NCBI GenBank assembly: GCA_039969355.1
Contig: JBDVOA010000008.1
Span: forward strand, 42,874-106,873
From: Paracoccaceae bacterium
GTDB lineage: Bacteria; Pseudomonadota; Alphaproteobacteria; Rhodobacterales; Rhodobacteraceae
Length of the DNA: 64,000 nucleotides
Direction: 5' to 3'
The notes beneath the pieces were generated by a model, which was given only the letters and a program-made list of their open reading frames with translations, made no database searches and had not been told where the DNA came from. This document shows positions 25,312 through 34,266 of the stretch, piece by piece. The position numbers and the translations under genes were made by a program. The stretch's first letter is position 1. Every line of letters begins with the position of its first letter.

Positions 25312-26155
25312 TTAAGTTACCTTATCAATAACGGAAGCCTTTCTGAACTCGAAGCGAATGTCAAAGTCTGTTGCATCGCAAGACCACCGTAATGTCTCTT
25401 TGATTCGGTTTTGCGTTAATGAGTTTGAACTTAAACTGGAACCTTTTTCGCCATCACCAAAACGTCGCCTGTGTTGTACGCTGTATTTCGCACTTTTGCG
25501 TTGTCCCATTCCGGGCCGGTGTGGGTCTGGTTCAACACTGGATTTGCCTCAATCCCATCGCAGACAAGGGTCGCCGCATCGGCAACGACCGCGTTGCCTT
25601 TGCTTGTCACAATGCCGACAACCTGACTGTCTACTTTCGCCAGATCACCGTCGGACTCTTCGTAACTGATTTCGCCACCCAAGCGCTTAAACGCGGTTAA
25701 TTCCTCATCAAAGATGACCTACGCCTTCAATCTCTGCTGCCAATGTGAGTCCAGAACAAAACCCTTGGTGACCGTATTTTTCGAAGCTTTGATGGGCATG
25801 GTGGCTTCAAATGTCACGCCATGAAATCCCACCAGTCCGGCATACCATGTATTCGGAAATCAGGGACACGCGTTAAACACTCAAAAGCCTTCCATTATTG
25901 GATCCCAAATTGTTTACCGCGAATATCTCGGTCGTGTAGTTGCCAAAACCAGCCTTGGCGAGACGTGGATTGCCGGAGTTCCTAAGCAGGGCACCAAGTC
26001 TTCACACGACATGTATGCAAACCGCTTCGTGCCGGAGGTTTATTTCGTATTGCCTCCGGCCTGTTCCTCATCCACTTTTTCAAGCATCATTACGTCTGCT
26101 CCTTTTTCCAAAGGAGCGATGCCAGAGTCCGAAATAGCTAAGAGTGTAAAGTTGG
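25312..26155 (-). pseudogene. Decayed FAD-dependent tricarballylate-dehydrogenase-like (TcuA-like) gene, N-terminal ~60% only
   Basis: The minus-strand pieces lie in three frames separated by stops: ..GADVMMLEKVDEEQAGGNTK*, ..FEATMPIKASKNTVTKGFVLD.., ..LVCDGIEANPVLNQTHTGPEWDNAKVRNTAYNTGDVLVMA.., ..WSCDATDFD... They resemble the GGFEANxEW..AKVRGTxYNTGDG region of this flavoprotein family. This is from my recollection, not a search. Confidence 0.5.
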
Positions 26156-27124
26156 GGTACTCCATACTTCTGGGTTGATCATGTGGGTGGGCGCACCCAT
26201 CGCATAGGCGTTAATCTGGTCGAATATGTCCGAGAATTGCAGATCAAACTCATCCTCGGTGACGTAACCGATGTGCGGTGTGGCCAACACGTGCGGCGAC
26301 GTTAGCAGCGGATGGTTTTGATCCTTCAGCGGTTCTTCGTCGAAGACATCTATTGCTGCAAAGATGCGACCATTGGCAATCTCAGCCTCCAAAGCACCGG
26401 TTTCAACCAGCCCCGAGCGCGAGGTGTTTACAAACAAGGATCGCGGCTGCATAGCCGCCAAATCTGCCGCAGTAATTATCCTGCGCGTCGCAGGTTTCAG
26501 GCGCACATGGATGCTTACAATGTCAGACTCTTCAAAAAATGCCACGCGAGAGCTGGCTACTGTTTCGCCATTCGCGGCGGCGCGCGCACGGCCCTCCTCT
26601 GACGACCACCATTGCACCTCCATTCCCATGGCCTTGGCGTAACCCGCGACTGCCCCAGCGATCCGGCCATATCCGTAAAGCCCCAGGGTTCGTCCGCGCA
26701 GAGTGCGCCCTACCCCGCTTTGCCAAGTCCCGGCTTTTAGCGAAGTGATCTGCTGAGAAACCTGGCGATAACTGGCAAGGATCAGGGCAAGTGTCAGTTC
26801 CGCTGCGGCATAAGATGGCGTGTCCGAATGCATATTGGAACACAGCAGTACATTATTACGGGTGCAGGCCTCGACGTCGATATGCGGATACACACTTCGC
26901 TGCGAGATGAGTTTGAGATTTGGTAGTCTCTCTAAAAGGTCTACTTCGATCTTTGTGCGTTCGCGAAACAATACTAGGCATTCGGCGTCGCGGACACGTT
27001 CTGCAAGTATCGCGGGATCCTGTTCGTGATCTGTCCAAACCGTGACGTCATGCCCGTCCATCTTTTTGAAACTCGACAGGTTTCGAAGCGTGTCAAACCA
27101 GTCGTCCAGAATGTGAACATTCAT
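26138..27124 (-). CDS. D-isomer-specific 2-hydroxyacid dehydrogenase family protein
   Basis: The NAD-binding motif is LGLYGYGRIAGAVAGYA, and the catalytic region is ..ATPHIGYVTEDEF. Confidence 0.9.
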   Translation of the reverse strand: MNVHILDDWFDTLRNLSSFKKMDGHDVTVWTDHEQDPAILAERVRDAECLVLFRERTKIEVDLLERLPNLKLISQRSVYPHIDVEACTRNNVLLCSNMHSDTPSYAAAELTLALILASYRQVSQQITSLKAGTWQSGVGRTLRGRTLGLYGYGRIAGAVAGYAKAMGMEVQWWSSEEGRARAAANGETVASSRVAFFEESDIVSIHVRLKPATRRIITAADLAAMQPRSLFVNTSRSGLVETGALEAEIANGRIFAAIDVFDEEPLKDQNHPLLTSPHVLATPHIGYVTEDEFDLQFSDIFDQINAYAMGAPTHMINPEVWSTPTLHS

Positions 27125-27375
27125 CGACTTTCAACACCCGTTTCCGGGGTCGGCGAGCGCGGCGTGGGTACAAAGACGAACTCTTCCAGAGACTGGATCG
27201 CCGCAAGAACCTTTTGGCGTTGTCCAATCATGTGGTTGAACTGGGCGTCGCATCCGGAGATCGGAACCGGATAATTCGAAATCTCTTCGTGGAGAAGATG
27301 GCGCGCGACCGCGAGCTCAGACCGCGCGGCGAGAATGCAGTCTTCGAAAGTTTCAGCCATGGAGAACCTCATCAC
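27121..27375 (-). CDS. Small hypothetical protein (about 80 aa)
   Basis: The stop overlaps the dehydrogenase start (ATGA). The start may be the internal Met at 27360. I recognise no family. Confidence 0.5.
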   Translation of the reverse strand: MMRFSMAETFEDCILAARSELAVARHLLHEEISNYPVPISGCDAQFNHMIGQRQKVLAAIQSLEEFVFVPTPRSPTPETGVESR

Positions 27376-27379
27376 AATC

Positions 27380-27397
27380 TGTATACCATTGTATACA
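27380..27397. promoter_or_regulatory. Perfect palindrome TGTATAC-CATT-GTATACA
   Basis: The 7-4-7 inverted repeat lies between the prpF-like stop (27412) and the small ORF start. Its GT-N-AC half-sites are reminiscent of GntR-type operators. Confidence 0.4.
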
Positions 27398-27411
27398 CTA
27401 TGAATGAGACG

Positions 27412-28503
27412 TCAATTCCCATCCCAAACCGTTATAGGAACAAACACCTCACCCGCGGCGAGTTTACGGGCTGTGCGGACTAACCCAGCCGACTTGATCA
27501 CCATACCGATGTCCCGCGTTTCATAATCAACGAGGACATCTATTGTGCCTGATGCGTGTTCAAGGACGATAGCTGCAGGATTTGCATTTGGTAGGCGCGC
27601 CATGCCATCGGCCACAGTTCCCGGTGTTAAAACGCAAGACGCAAGGCACTGAGCACCAGTAACGGCCATAGTAGGATGGGTGCTCCATGGCATGAAATAA
27701 CGCGTCGCGATCGTGCCGCCGTTCTTGGCCAAAGCCAGCAGGCCAAATTTTGGAATAACGGATTCAGAAACATCTCCAAGACCCATCAGAGCGCCTGCTT
27801 TTAGCCTTACGGCTTCCATTTTCGCGAAGAAATCCGTGTTTTCGTCCAACTCGGAAACGCTTTCATGCCCGCTCAGACCAAAGCTCTCTGCCTTTGCAAT
27901 CACCATTGGCATGGCAACATCCATGCAGGTAACCTGGATGCGATCAATCTCGTCAATGAGATTTCCGGTTGGCAATAATGCCCCTGTTGCACCGCCGACG
28001 GTCTCCATAAACTGCAACGCCACTGGCGCTGCAGATCCCGGCACGCCATCAATCTGAGTATCACCCTCGTAGCTGACCCGCCGGTTTGGGGTCTGTACAC
28101 GCGCCGCCACTTTCGCGCCGGTGTTTACGGCTCGAATGTTGATCGGCGTCTCGCCATCTTGCGCCTCAATCAACCCCATCTCAATAGCTGCGGGTCCAAC
28201 GCCCGACAAGATGTTTCCGCAGGTCGGTTTGAAGTCGACCAAGCAGTTCTCGACACTGACTTGTGCGAAGAAATAGTCGACATCTGCCCACAAGTCGTTC
28301 GACCTTGAGAGCATCGCGACCTTGGTCGTCACCGCAGCGCCCCCACCAATCCCGTCGATGTTGAGCGGATGACCGGACCCAACCATCGCGATCAGGACTT
28401 GCGCGAGCGCGTTTTCATCTTCAGGCAAGTCAGCGCGGTTGAGATAGGGTCCGCGCGACGTTCCGCCCCGCATGAACAGGAATGGAATTGCCGTTTGGCT
28501 CAT
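27412..28503 (-). CDS. PrpF / 4-oxalomesaconate tautomerase family isomerase
   Basis: The N-terminus IPFLFMRGGTSRGPYL..VGSGHPLNIDGIGGG is characteristic of the PrpF family. Confidence 0.85.
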   Translation of the reverse strand: MSQTAIPFLFMRGGTSRGPYLNRADLPEDENALAQVLIAMVGSGHPLNIDGIGGGAAVTTKVAMLSRSNDLWADVDYFFAQVSVENCLVDFKPTCGNILSGVGPAAIEMGLIEAQDGETPINIRAVNTGAKVAARVQTPNRRVSYEGDTQIDGVPGSAAPVALQFMETVGGATGALLPTGNLIDEIDRIQVTCMDVAMPMVIAKAESFGLSGHESVSELDENTDFFAKMEAVRLKAGALMGLGDVSESVIPKFGLLALAKNGGTIATRYFMPWSTHPTMAVTGAQCLASCVLTPGTVADGMARLPNANPAAIVLEHASGTIDVLVDYETRDIGMVIKSAGLVRTARKLAAGEVFVPITVWDGN

Positions 28504-30527
28504 GTCAATGGCCAGGGCAAATCAGCGTATTCCTGCAACAGACCCGGTGGAAAATCACGGTTCAGAAGCCAAGCCATACCGCACATGAACGCAATCCCCG
28601 CGACTGAATAGGCGGCAGCGAATGCAGTGCTAAGACCGGCGCGGATTTTCAGAAAGCTGAACAAGAAGAGCGCCAAAGCAATGATAAAGCCAAATAGAGA
28701 GGTCAGTATCAGTAGGGCTGCAAACCATCCCAGGGTCGGCCAGAGACTGTGGGTCGCGTCCGCGTCATCGCCATTCACCTCGCGATCTGCAAAGATCGTG
28801 TCGGTTTCCGGCTTCAGCATCATGCGCACGATCAGTGCGACGCAGCCAAACAGACAAACGCCGGCAACAAACATCGGAAAGGTCCGATCACGACTGAAGC
28901 TTGGGATCGAAGCCGCATCGTAGAATGCGTAGGCTATATAACCTGTCACTACGAGCAAAAAGATAAGCGGCGCGCGCTTGCTGCCTGATTGCACGTCACC
29001 TTCTGCCATAATGTTCTTGGCCTGCCGCAGACCTACGACAACCGAGATTACGGTGATGATCAACAACACAATGACGATAGGCGAAAAAATATAGTCGAGT
29101 CCGTCCTCAAACCCCTTGCGGAACCGGGACTGCGCGATCTGCAGTGCTTGGTTTGCATAAGTTTCCGCCGGGTTCGACAATACGAAACCGATTAGAAAGG
29201 CAGGACGCGACCAATCAAATCGGCGCATCATGATGCCTAGAAAACCAATGGCAAACAACGCCACGAGGTCCATCAGGTTCTGACCAGACTGGAACGCCGC
29301 AAAGCTGATAATCATGAACAGGAATGGCGCGAGCAGGGCAAATCGGATGGTGGTCAACTTCGCGATGCCACCCGACGCCGCAATGCAGATTACTGTACCC
29401 ACAACATTAGCAAGCGCCAGTAGCCAGACGATGGAGTATGTGATGTCGAGGTTGTTCTTGAGCATTGCCGGACCAACCTCGATCTGACCAGACCCAAGAA
29501 GCGCTATCGCGCCAATGAAGATCGCCATGGATCCCGAACCCGGAATGCCAAAGAGCAGTGTTGGGACCAGCCCCCCCCCTTCTTTTGCATTATTGGAACT
29601 TTCTGGCCCAATGATGCCGCGTACTTCGCCTTTGCCGAAGTTCGCCTTATCCTTCGTGGTTTGCACCGCGTGCCCGTAAGCGATCCAATCAACAACAGAG
29701 CCGCCAAGACCGGGAATTACCCCAACAACAACACCGATTATTGAACATCTTACGGATAGCCAAATGTTGGCAAACCAGTCCTGCACCCCGTCTAGCCAGC
29801 CGCCTCCTAAGGCCTGTTCCTTGGCGATGGCGCGGTCCTGACGTAGCAACGAAATAATCTCGGGAATGGCAAAGATACCAAGCCCGACTATGACCAATTT
29901 CAACCCGTCTGTCAGATAAGGAAAATCATACGACGACATACGCAGATCACCCGAAGACGCTCCTTCACCGATGGTACCAATGAGCATCCCAAGCCCTGCA
30001 GCAACGATGCCTTTTATTGCAACGCGACCCGCTAGGATGCCGACCATTGACAGGCCAAAAATCGTAATCATCAGTAGCTCTGGCGTGCGGAATTCCAAAA
30101 CGATTGGGCGTGCAATCAAAATAAAAACTGTCAGGAAACTCGCGCCAACTAGCCCACCAAAAAGCGATGATGCAAATGCAGCGGAGAGCGCCCGCGCTGC
30201 CTGACCATTCTTGGCCATCGGGAACCCGTCAAGCACAGTGGCCTGCGAAGCTGACGACCCGGGGATACCCATCAAGACGGAGGCGAACGTGTCAGACGTT
30301 GGCACCACCGCAACCATGCCGACCATCAAGGCAAGCCCCAAAATCGGATCCATGCCGAACATGAACGGTAACAATAGGGACAAACCTGCGATGCCGCCCA
30401 AACCAGGGAAAACACCGATGCAGAGACCCATTACAACACCCAAGACCAAGTAGCCTAACACCACAGGCTGGAGGATCAAGGCCCAGGCGTCCCCGAGCGC
30501 AGGCAAAGCTGTTGCGATGACATCCAT
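28500..30527 (-). CDS. Fused TctA-TctB-like tripartite tricarboxylate transporter permease
   Basis: The 675-aa product has a TctA-like first ~500 aa (..GVFPGLGGIAGLSLLLPFMF..) plus an extra C-terminal multi-TM module about the size of TctB. Confidence 0.85.
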   Translation of the reverse strand: MDVIATALPALGDAWALILQPVVLGYLVLGVVMGLCIGVFPGLGGIAGLSLLLPFMFGMDPILGLALMVGMVAVVPTSDTFASVLMGIPGSSASQATVLDGFPMAKNGQAARALSAAFASSLFGGLVGASFLTVFILIARPIVLEFRTPELLMITIFGLSMVGILAGRVAIKGIVAAGLGMLIGTIGEGASSGDLRMSSYDFPYLTDGLKLVIVGLGIFAIPEIISLLRQDRAIAKEQALGGGWLDGVQDWFANIWLSVRCSIIGVVVGVIPGLGGSVVDWIAYGHAVQTTKDKANFGKGEVRGIIGPESSNNAKEGGGLVPTLLFGIPGSGSMAIFIGAIALLGSGQIEVGPAMLKNNLDITYSIVWLLALANVVGTVICIAASGGIAKLTTIRFALLAPFLFMIISFAAFQSGQNLMDLVALFAIGFLGIMMRRFDWSRPAFLIGFVLSNPAETYANQALQIAQSRFRKGFEDGLDYIFSPIVIVLLIITVISVVVGLRQAKNIMAEGDVQSGSKRAPLIFLLVVTGYIAYAFYDAASIPSFSRDRTFPMFVAGVCLFGCVALIVRMMLKPETDTIFADREVNGDDADATHSLWPTLGWFAALLILTSLFGFIIALALFLFSFLKIRAGLSTAFAAAYSVAGIAFMCGMAWLLNRDFPPGLLQEYADLPWPLT

Positions 30528-30560
30528 GATTGTCCTCCCGGGTGGTCACTTATCTTCGCT

Positions 30561-30592
30561 TGAGAAAACGCCTCGCCTTTATGGCGAGGCGT
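30561..30592 (-). terminator. Hairpin + U-tract between the binding-protein gene and the permease gene (attenuator/terminator)
   Basis: The 10-bp perfect stem is acgcctcgcc / ggcgaggcgt with loop tttat. On the minus strand it is followed by ttttctc. Confidence 0.55.
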
Positions 30593-30605
30593 CCAGAAAG
30601 CAAAG

Positions 30606-31718
30606 TTATTTGAGAGTTACGCCGTAGCGCTCTTCCAGCCAACCGGCGACAAAGTCTTTGGCAGCTTGAGGCACTTCGGTGCCGCTCTTCAGAGCACCTT
30701 TGGCTTCTTCACCAGTCATTTGTGGGTATTTGCCCAAGCGACCTGTAGAGATTTCTGCGAAATCAGCGCGCGCCTTCACAGCTTCGAACGCAGCGGTATA
30801 GGTCACGATCGCATCATCAGATGCGCCAGCCGGTAGGAAAACCATCTTCTGTGCCGGGAATCCGGCGATGAAAAATGCCTTCCATGCGTCCCATTGCTCA
30901 CCGGAGGTTTCACACCCGTCCGTCGCTTCGCAGACTTCCTTGAAAGTTGGCATGTCAGGGAAAGTCGGATCACGCACGATGTTACCTTCAGCGTCCAAAG
31001 CACCCCAGCTCATCATCGGAACTGCAGTGCCTGCATCGACCAGAGGTGTCACGCCCTTAAGATACGACGAGGATGTCTGATAATCGATGTTTGCCTCGCC
31101 ACGCTCGAACATAAGACGGCCGTCGCCCCGACCTTTGATGCCAAACACAGGTTCGACATTCAGACCCAACATTTCCCAAGCCAAAAGGGGCACCAGATCA
31201 AGGCGCGTGGCACCCTGGCTGCCGTAGATGAAGTCTTCGCCCTGCAGCGGAGTCGCATTCAACCCGTCCATTTTTCCCGCCAGATCAGGTGGGAGATAGG
31301 CAACACCACCGGTACCGGACGCCAGAACGACGTTCCAGTCTGCATAGTTGTATTTTACCCGAGGATCGCCCAGCAGGAACGGGAATTGTGTTGAACCGGA
31401 AGACCCGAATATCAAGGTGCCTTCGCTGTCCTCGTAGTCTTGCTCTTGGAAAAAGTTAGCCCCTTTTGTCGAACCCGCACCTGGCATGAATTTCACAACA
31501 ACGGTCGGCTGACCTGGAAGTGCTTCGGACAGGAGAGGTGCATAGAAATTGGCCCATTTGGCCGAGCCCCCTGTTTCGGAGAATGGAATGATCCATTCAA
31601 CTGTCTTACCAGTCAGATCGATACCGTGACCGCCAGCATGCGCTTGAAAAGAGAACGTTGCGGCTGCGGCAGCAATAAGGCTGCAGGCCACACGACGTGT
31701 GGTGTTGAATAAGGACAT
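30606..31718 (-). CDS. Periplasmic substrate-binding protein associated with the TTT permease (atypical, not classic Bug-like)
   Basis: I trimmed to the ATG at 31718, which has a GGGAGGA RBS. The signal peptide is ..AAAATFSFQAHA. The product is 371 aa. Confidence 0.7.
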   Translation of the reverse strand: MSLFNTTRRVACSLIAAAAATFSFQAHAGGHGIDLTGKTVEWIIPFSETGGSAKWANFYAPLLSEALPGQPTVVVKFMPGAGSTKGANFFQEQDYEDSEGTLIFGSSGSTQFPFLLGDPRVKYNYADWNVVLASGTGGVAYLPPDLAGKMDGLNATPLQGEDFIYGSQGATRLDLVPLLAWEMLGLNVEPVFGIKGRGDGRLMFERGEANIDYQTSSSYLKGVTPLVDAGTAVPMMSWGALDAEGNIVRDPTFPDMPTFKEVCEATDGCETSGEQWDAWKAFFIAGFPAQKMVFLPAGASDDAIVTYTAAFEAVKARADFAEISTGRLGKYPQMTGEEAKGALKSGTEVPQAAKDFVAGWLEERYGVTLK

Positions 31719-31849
31719 ATGTTCCTCCCTAGGATGCAACCGCTCCCTCACAGAAGCGGTCAGAACTGATTCACCGGGCTGTCCATGCCCGGTTGATGTC
31801 CCAAAGGTTACCTGCGAACCTTGCATGAAACTTTCAGACGCGAAAAAAG

Positions 31850-32524
31850 ATGCGGATCACACTCGTTGAAGATAATGTCGGCCTTGCCAAAGGCATAGCA
31901 TATAGCCTCGAGGATGCGGGCCATGCCGTCGACCTATTGCACGATGGCAATGAGGCGGATGTCTTTTTGAAGGACGACGAATCCGATCTGATCATTCTCG
32001 ACATTAACTTGCCCGGCACGGATGGTTTGAGCCTGCTCAAAGCCCTGCGTGCCCGGAATGATCCACGTCCTGTGATCCTCTTGACCGCGCGCGCCAAAAC
32101 CGAAGACCGCGTCGTCGGTCTTGATGCGGGTGCGGATGACTACCTGATCAAGCCTTTTGAAATGGCCGAGTTGGAGGCGCGCGTGAGAGCACTGTCGCGA
32201 CGCCGCGCTGTCCCACAGCGACAGATGCAAGAGATTGGTCATCTCAGGTTTGATCCCGCAGCGCGACAGCTCTTTGCCGGCGAAGTGGCGATTGAATTGC
32301 CGCGCCGGGAACTTGCCGTCTTCGAATGCCTTCTGGCCGCTAACGGGCGTCTGGTCAGCAAAACAGCCCTTCTGGACTACGCTTACGGAGTCGGTGCAGA
32401 TGTCGAAGAAAAAGTCGTCGAGGTTTATGTCTCGCGCATTCGGGCGCGCCTTAAATCCCACGGCGTATTGATCAAATCGCAACGCGGATTGGGTTATCAA
32501 TTGCAAGTTGAGGCAGACGCGTAA
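31850..32524 (+). CDS. OmpR-family response regulator (TctD-like)
   Basis: A receiver domain (..LIILDINLPGTDG..) and a winged-helix output (..VYVSRIRARL..RGLGYQL) are present. The gene is divergent from the TTT operon. Confidence 0.9.
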   Translation: MRITLVEDNVGLAKGIAYSLEDAGHAVDLLHDGNEADVFLKDDESDLIILDINLPGTDGLSLLKALRARNDPRPVILLTARAKTEDRVVGLDAGADDYLIKPFEMAELEARVRALSRRRAVPQRQMQEIGHLRFDPAARQLFAGEVAIELPRRELAVFECLLAANGRLVSKTALLDYAYGVGADVEEKVVEVYVSRIRARLKSHGVLIKSQRGLGYQLQVEADA

Positions 32525-33879
32525 TGGCCCAGTCTCTGCGAACACGACTCATCGTGATCATCCTCGCGCCGTTGCTTTTGGTCTCAATCATAGCGACAGC
32601 ATGGCAATTCCGAAACACGACCATCCGAGCCGAGGAGATTTTTGATCGCGGACTTCTCTCCGCCGCGCTCGCGATTTCACGCGACGTCGCGTTGTCGGGT
32701 GGTGACGCACTAAGCCCCGCCACGCGTGGATTGATCAGTGACACGTCAGGTGGCGAGTTGTTTTACCATGTCTACGCACCTGATGGTGTCTTTGTGACAG
32801 GGTACGCAACGCCTCCAACACCACCGACAGTGACACCAGGCGATCTTGCAGCACCGTTGTTTTACAATGCAACATATCAACGAAAGGGTGTGCGGGTCTT
32901 GAGATATCAGGATGCTACGACTGTCGACGGCGTCTCTGGCTTGTTTACGATCTCTGTCTGGCAAGACATGCGCGTCCGAACGTCATTTGTGCGCGATGTC
33001 GTGACGCGAGCGATTGCAGTTATCGGATTGCTCCTGCTCTCTGCCGGGCTGATTGTCTGGTTCGGCGTCCGGTTAGGACTGCGACCGCTGTTGGATTTGC
33101 GTGCGGCGATTGCACGACGTACACCAAGTGATCTCGAACCGATCCGCCGAAATGTGCCTGTCGAAGTGCAGCCTATTGTCTCGACCTTGAACGCATTGCT
33201 GGACCGGGTTTCAAGACGCATTAGCTCAAAAGATGAATTCATATCGAGTGCAGCGCATCAGCTACGCAATCCAATTGCAGGAGTATTGGCGCTGGCCGAA
33301 GCAGTTGAAACCGCACCATCACCAGAAGCTGCGAAAAAAAGAAGCGCCGAGTTGGTTCTCGCCGCCAGAGATGCCACACATCTGACCAATCAACTCTTGT
33401 CCTTTGAGCGCGCCAAGGAATCTGACATTGAACGCAGCGGAGAGAAACTCGACCTTTGCGCCTTGGTTCGGCATGTCATCAACCGTTTCGAAATACAGAA
33501 TGCCAATAAAAAAGTTGAGGTAGCGACCGAGTTACCAGAGCGGCCCGTACCGCTGATTGGCGATCGCGTGATGCTGAGCGAAGCGCTGCTCAATGTATTG
33601 AATAATTCCGTGGTGCATGGTGGCCCGGACATCTCGAGAATAGACATAACCTTGGAAGTATTTGCCAACATCGCCAAACTGAGGGTCGTAGACAATGGCA
33701 TCGGCATCGCACCCGACGATCGTGTCGTTGCGATCGGGCGTTTCAGCCAGGCCAACGACGGCCCAGGAAGCGGATTGGGTTTGCCAATTGCTGTGCGCGT
33801 AATGGAGAACCATGGCGGACGTCTAATCATCGACGAAAGCTCTGCAGGAGCAGCGTTGATCTTTGAATTCCAGCTGTAA
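32524..33879 (+). CDS. Sensor histidine kinase (TctE-like)
   Basis: The product has two TM segments, the H-box FISSAAHQLRNP and the ATPase G-box GSGLGLPIA. The start overlaps the regulator stop. Confidence 0.9.
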   Translation: MAQSLRTRLIVIILAPLLLVSIIATAWQFRNTTIRAEEIFDRGLLSAALAISRDVALSGGDALSPATRGLISDTSGGELFYHVYAPDGVFVTGYATPPTPPTVTPGDLAAPLFYNATYQRKGVRVLRYQDATTVDGVSGLFTISVWQDMRVRTSFVRDVVTRAIAVIGLLLLSAGLIVWFGVRLGLRPLLDLRAAIARRTPSDLEPIRRNVPVEVQPIVSTLNALLDRVSRRISSKDEFISSAAHQLRNPIAGVLALAEAVETAPSPEAAKKRSAELVLAARDATHLTNQLLSFERAKESDIERSGEKLDLCALVRHVINRFEIQNANKKVEVATELPERPVPLIGDRVMLSEALLNVLNNSVVHGGPDISRIDITLEVFANIAKLRVVDNGIGIAPDDRVVAIGRFSQANDGPGSGLGLPIAVRVMENHGGRLIIDESSAGAALIFEFQL

Positions 33880-34266
33880 TCAGAACGAGTGACGTGCCCT
33901 GGATCGTGACGCTCCAACATCGAATTCGCCGTTATTAGAGTTTGACTGACCCGGAGCAAAACTCGGCTCTGCATCTTGGGTTAATCATTCTTGCAGGCTT
34001 CGGCAAACAACCCAGACGACCCATTCTGTTATAAAACAACGTGTTGCGAGCACTGATTGTGGAGAAAATATGAACACGCGGACCCTTTGCTGTTTCACGC
34101 AGAGCAGCATTCGGGAGATTCAAATGTTGCGAGATTGATGCGTTTTTGCTTTTTTGAGTTCTGTGTTGCAGTGTCGGATCATTGCCTTAAGGCCTTGCTG
34201 GAGAGACTTTTCTCGCCAATGCTTGGAGGAAAGGAACTTCTGACTAACGCCCAAACTGATTGCAGT

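Noticed and set aside
20880-25340. Terminal repeats bounding the AT-rich insert
   Set aside because: I could find only a shared 7-mer (tattgat / atcaata) near the two ends by eye. That is far too short to claim TIRs or target-site duplications.
31934-33974. Minus-strand ORFs 31934-32545 and 33390-33974
   Set aside because: They are antisense to the clearly recognisable response regulator and histidine kinase genes.
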